Source: Octopus sinensis
Taxonomy: Eukaryota
Length of the DNA: 64,000 bases
NCBI RefSeq assembly: GCF_006345805.1
Contig: NC_043009.1
Span: 62,620,001 to 62,684,000 of the forward strand
Direction of reading: 5' to 3'
A program made the translations under genes and the position numbers. This document shows positions 59,030-64,000 of this stretch, piece after piece; the first letter of the stretch is position 1; each line of letters begins with the position of its first letter. Under the pieces are notes generated by a model that was not told where the DNA came from, made no database searches, and saw only the letters and a program-made list of their open reading frames with translations.

Positions 59030-59680
59030 CTGGTTTCAAATTTTGGCACAAGGCCAGCAATTTTGGAGGACAGAGTAAGTTGATTATATCAACCCCAGTA
59101 TAAGGTGGCAAGCTGGCAGAAACATTAGCATGCCAGGCAAAATGCGTAGCTGTATTTCGTCTGCCGCTATGTTCTGAGTTCAAATTCTGCTGAGGTCGAC
59201 TTTACCTTTCATCCTTTCGGGGTCGATGAATTAAGTACTAGTTACGCACTGGGGTCGATATAATCAACTTAATCCATTTGTCTGTCCTTGTTTGTCCTCT
59301 CTGTGTTTAGCCCCTTGTGGGTAGTAAAGAAATAGGTATTTCGTCTGCCGCTACGTTCTGAGTTCAAATTCTGCCGAGGTCGATTTTGCCTTTCATCCTT
59401 TCGGGGTCGATGAATTAAGTACCAGTTACGCACTGGGGTCGATATAATCGACTTAATCCATTTGTCTGTTCTTGTTTGTCCTCTCTGTGTTTAGCCCCTT
59501 GTGGGTAGTAAAGAAATATATATCAACCCCAGTATGTAACTGGTACTTATTTTACTAACCCTGTAAGGATGAAAAGTAAAGTCAACCTCAGCAGAATCTG
59601 GACTCAATGTAAAGATGATCGAAATGCCACTAAGCAAATTTGCCCAGCGTATTAATGATTCTGCCAGCTTGCCGCCTTAA
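59030..59680 (-). mobile_element. Old SINE B (minus) hosting a younger SINE B dimer
   Basis: GGTTTCAAATTTTGGCACAAGG at 59031; resumes at 59536 and ends GATTCTGCCAGCTTGCCGCCTT. Confidence 0.8.
59102..59518 (+). mobile_element. SINE group B dimeric form, perfect 17-bp TSD
   Basis: TATATCAACCCCAGTAT at 59085-59101 and 59519-59535; internal period about 184 bp. Confidence 0.93.
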
Positions 59681-59919
59681 AAATATGTAGGATATTAATA
59701 ATAATAATAATGATGAAAATGATGAATTTCATAATTGCAGAAACACAGACAGGGTTTTACATCTTATTCTCTAGTGTTTTGTTTATCAATGTTGCCTTGA
59801 CAAATGGAAAGCTGGTTATAAATGTATCTCGTTTTTTTTTTTCATCAAACATGCTGACAAAATAATGTTATATAGGAAAGGGCTAAGAACGGTTATAGGA
59901 TGCCACTCTTGGGCATATG

Positions 59920-59963
<44 letters not shown>

Positions 59964-60029
59964 TTTTGCATTGATTGATGAAATAAGAAACAAAACATAT
60001 TAAAAAAGAAAATTCACCAAGACTACCAT

Positions 60030-60267
60030 TAGTTCACTACTACTACTACCACCACTACTACTACTATAACTACTACCACCACCACTACCACCACTACAAC
60101 TACTACTACTACTACCACCACCACCACCACCACTACTACCACCACCACTACCACCACCACTACTACAACTACTACTACCACCACCACCACCACCACCACT
60201 ACTACCACCACCACCAGTACCTTTATACTGCTGCTGCCACCACCACCACCACCACTACTGCTGCTGT

Positions 60268-60321
<54 letters not shown>

Positions 60322-60365
60322 AACTACCACCACCACCACCACCACTGCCACTACTATTATTATTA
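60030..60365. repeat. (ACT)n/(ACC)n compound trinucleotide microsatellite
   Basis: Seen directly; source of the poly-V/S/G ORF. Confidence 0.95.
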
Positions 60366-62044
60366 TATCTATGGCATGGTATTTCTTTAAAAATGAAGTA
60401 TGGTATTATATAGAACGGCAATGCACTTCATAAAGATGGCATGAGCTTTAAAAGGTTAAGAAGCACTGTTTTGCAGTCTGTTTGTTCTTTCATCTTTTTT
60501 TTTTACATTATGCAATGGATTCCTTATGATGCATTCCTCATGGCAAGCTACAGCAGTGGGATGGAAACGGTAATTCTGGATTCATTGTCTGTCAATTGAG
60601 ACTGGGTGATTTGTCACTTAGTGCTTTGCATAACAGTAGCATTCATAGATGATGCTGATGATGATGGTCATAATGATGATGATGGTCATGATGATGATGA
60701 TGATGATGATGCTATCGAGAAGCATCTTTTATTTAGCAGCAAACAACTGAATGCAGGGAAACCATTGCACTATGCTTAGATCTAATGCAGTTCTCGTGCA
60801 GGAAATAATCAACTAAAAATATTGCTACAGTACAAATACAACATGGTGATTATTGAGAAAAAAAAAAATTAAAATATAATGATAATAATAATAATAATAA
60901 TAAGTAAATAAATATATAAATATAAACGTTTGTGTCAGTACCAGGGAAAATACTTTTAGATTAACTGAGGTATATTTATTTATAGAAACTAAAGCTAAAA
61001 AAACTTAATATTTATGTAAATATTTTGTCAGTATCTAGATTTGTTTGTTTGCTTGTTTGTTTATTGATGATGTTGTTGTTTTGTTGTTAAATATTTTTCA
61101 GTTGCAAGAAATATTTCATAATGTGTAACAATATTTTTCTCTTGAGAATTTTTCCAGTGAAGTAAGATGAAAGAGGAGGAGGAGGGTAGGGCAAGGTGAG
61201 AGGAATGAACCACAATAGCAGCAGAATGGATGAGGAATATGGTGCATTCAAAAGAAAGAATGAGAGAGACAAAGAGAGAGAGAGAGAGAGACTGGTATAG
61301 TGTAATATGACTTTGTAGAAGACACATAATTACACAATACACAAATGTAAAATGTTTGATGAAGAGAAAGAAAAAAGGACACTTGGGAAATAAATATGAT
61401 ACAGTGGTTGATATGAATTTATTAAACAGAAAAGCATTGAAGAATTTTTAAAGAATGAAAAATTATGGAGACAAAATTGAGAGCTGAAGAAAAGCAAAGC
61501 TTCACAAAGAGTTCATCAAATATAGAGAGATGAATGAATAGGAGGTCGACAATAGTACTGAACGCGTCATAAAACTGATCAGATATGAATTGGGTTGTGT
61601 AGCCACAATGGTAATCTCCTCGATAAAATGTAAAACATTTAAGATGATATTCAAACTTGTAATAAGATGATGCTAAATGTTTTGTGTTAGAAATTAACTA
61701 GAAGCCGTCTTCTTTTAAAGAACAAAAGCGAAATTTAGTGTAAATTTACACTGAATATCAGATATACATTTATGATGGAACAGTAAATGTAAAAGGTGAA
61801 ACCGTATTAGAGTATATTCTATTCTAATTCTAATACCATTGCTGCATATCTCAACCATCTTAATTTGCAATTAAATCATCATCATCATCATCATCATCAC
61901 TTTTCTATCCTTGTATGATTTGGATGGAGTTTATTGAGGCAAATTTTCTATGGCTAGAAGTAGAGGCTTAAATTTAACAGATTTAAAAATATAATAAATA
62001 AAATAAGAAAAAAAGACTTGACACTTGGACAATCATATACATTT

Positions 62045-63230
62045 GCAAAATGGATGTTTATACTACAAATAAAGCCAAGAAAAATTTAATCACGATAACC
62101 AAAATAATATTTGGTGAGAAAGATTGGAGAGGATCAACTCTCAGGAAAAACCATAACATAACACAAGTACATCACCAAAGATATTGTTCTGTCTGTGTGT
62201 TGTCCGAGGAAGTCATCCAGAAGAGGATACAGAAGAGGATACAGAAGAGAATGGCTTGCCTCTGCATCTAAAAAGTAAAAAAAGATGGAAGTGTTTTCTA
62301 TATGCATTCAAAATAGTTGGCCAATGTGTAGAATGATGTCTGACCCACAGACCAGAGTAGAGTGTATGGGAGTGTATAAATTATGTTTAAGACAGAGAAC
62401 AAGTCAGGAAAACAGGTGGTGCTTGGGCTCCACATACCTGTTGATAGGCTGATGTTGTAGTATATGGAGAGACAAAAGATAAGAGTCACAACCAGAAGAT
62501 ATTATTACAAGATTCAATCTTTAGATGGTCATCACATTTGTGGTTCTGTATGAGTAAGTGAGGAGCCTAGAGGTAACATGCAACATCAGTGTGATTCACT
62601 GGTGTTTTCTAGGATATGTAAGGTTTGGTGAACCCCAATGACCACAAAACTATACTAGAGCTGTACCCCATTGTTGAGACAGAAAGGAAAGCAATCAGAT
62701 TAAAAGTGCAGAACAGAAAGGGCAGTTGCTACATGTGCAGCAAGAGTCACTTGTGGGTTTTCTGTGCAGAGAAATGAGAAAAATGGAGAAGAAAAGTGGG
62801 AAGTAGACAGCAGTTGGCCACAGAAACCACTGTTTACAAAGTACCACTGGTTGCAGCTCCAAAGATGGTAAAAGAAATGGCCTCATCTTCAGGGCCAGAA
62901 GCTGACAGCTAGGAAACTGAGGGGACCCTTCTCCCTGCCAAAACCAACAGCATGACCCAATGATGATGCAATAATGGGAAATAAATTCAGGTTGGAGGAG
63001 AGTAAAAAATTTTGTGGGGACAGTAAGAAAGGGAAAACAAACAAGACATTCTTGGGTGGATTGAAATGTGTGGCCCTTGGAATCACTGATGAAGATGCCG
63101 AACAATTTATGAGGAGAAGGCTGATTGAAAAGTGCTCCAATTTTGTGGGGATATTTGGATAGCAGACTGTTGGAGAAAAGCACATTAGCAATTTATATAC
63201 CACCAAACTCTGAAGATGTTCACTGATATC
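62045..63230 (+). pseudogene. Possible non-LTR retrotransposon ORF1 (gag-like) remnant
   Basis: YMERQKIRVT and IRLKVQNRKGSCYMCSKSHLWVFC (degenerate CX2CX4HX4C knuckle); many stops. Confidence 0.4.
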
Positions 63231-64000
63231 TTAGGGAGCAGCAGATTTCAGTATCAGGAGTGAAATGTGATTGGAGTTGTGGGGTGCTCTAATTTAATGT
63301 GGACACCACTTAGATGATAGTCCCTCAGGTGAGCACGAGGGGGTCGCCCTGTTTGTATTTATGCATTTATAATTACACATTCATATATGTATATGTCTGC
63401 ATTTATATATATATATCAAAAGGATGTCTTATAAAACTGTTCTACACGTACAATAACAACCATACAAACAATCCAACATACCTCCATCATCAGCTGCCCC
63501 ACAGATATCATTATGGTTTCGACACCTGGCAGTACCATTCAATCTGGTGGTATCAACAGCACTAAAATAAGTATTGTTTAGGAACAAACATACCTCAGAC
63601 ATCACCACGTTCATTCAATCTTAATTCTAGGAACGATTAAACTAACATTAATGATTAAACTACAACAAAGAAACCACACTTATCCTAAGTACAAAGACAG
63701 TATCAGTAAATCGATAATTCTGTATGTTCCTTGTGTATTGTCTGTATTTTATTTTTATTTAATTTGTATCTAAATTTTTAATGTTATAATATATTGCATG
63801 GTGCTTTTGTCCCAGTCATCCGTTTTAATATAAATACGCATGAATGTGTGAGTTCTTGTGGTAAAGACATAAATTTTGTGATAAAAAATGAAGAATAAAT
63901 AAATAAACAAATCACTTTCTTGAAATATTCAAAAAGTAAGTGTTCATTCAAGGACAGAACTGATATACTGTTAATTAATCTTCAAACAAGATCAATACAC

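Noticed and set aside
60029-60421. Poly-Ser/Gly/Val ORF
   Set aside because: Trinucleotide microsatellite.
63085-63105. Other CTGANGA hits (e.g. 1097, 2183, 5499, 23995, 63087)
   Set aside because: No stem II followed by GAAA and NUH in the correct geometry.

Overview
AT-rich, repeat-saturated eukaryotic DNA, almost certainly from a coleoid cephalopod (Octopus-type). This assignment rests on recognising its tRNA-derived SINE families, RTE LINE and microsatellite load, not on a database search. I recognise no host protein-coding exon, rRNA, tRNA gene or CRISPR array; the long ORFs in the supplied track are low-complexity artefacts or transposon remnants. The window is a layered transposon graveyard: RTE, R4/Dong-like and CR1/Jockey-like LINE relics, at least three SINE groups (several with 15-19 bp target-site duplications), mariner, Tc1 and Merlin transposase relics, Merlin-, piggyBac- and hAT/Charlie-type MITEs, two TG...CA LTR-like units, and mini- and microsatellites. 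The best lead is a set of type I hammerhead-ribozyme motifs in short non-coding repeats. Three have intact CUGANGA/GAAA cores (42309-42353 minus, the best one; 5919-5953 minus; 35328-35366 plus) and one is a degenerate relative (58418-58453). All have the loop-less or palindromic stem III typical of Penelope-like/retrozyme hammerheads. Self-cleavage is inferred from sequence only and is untested.
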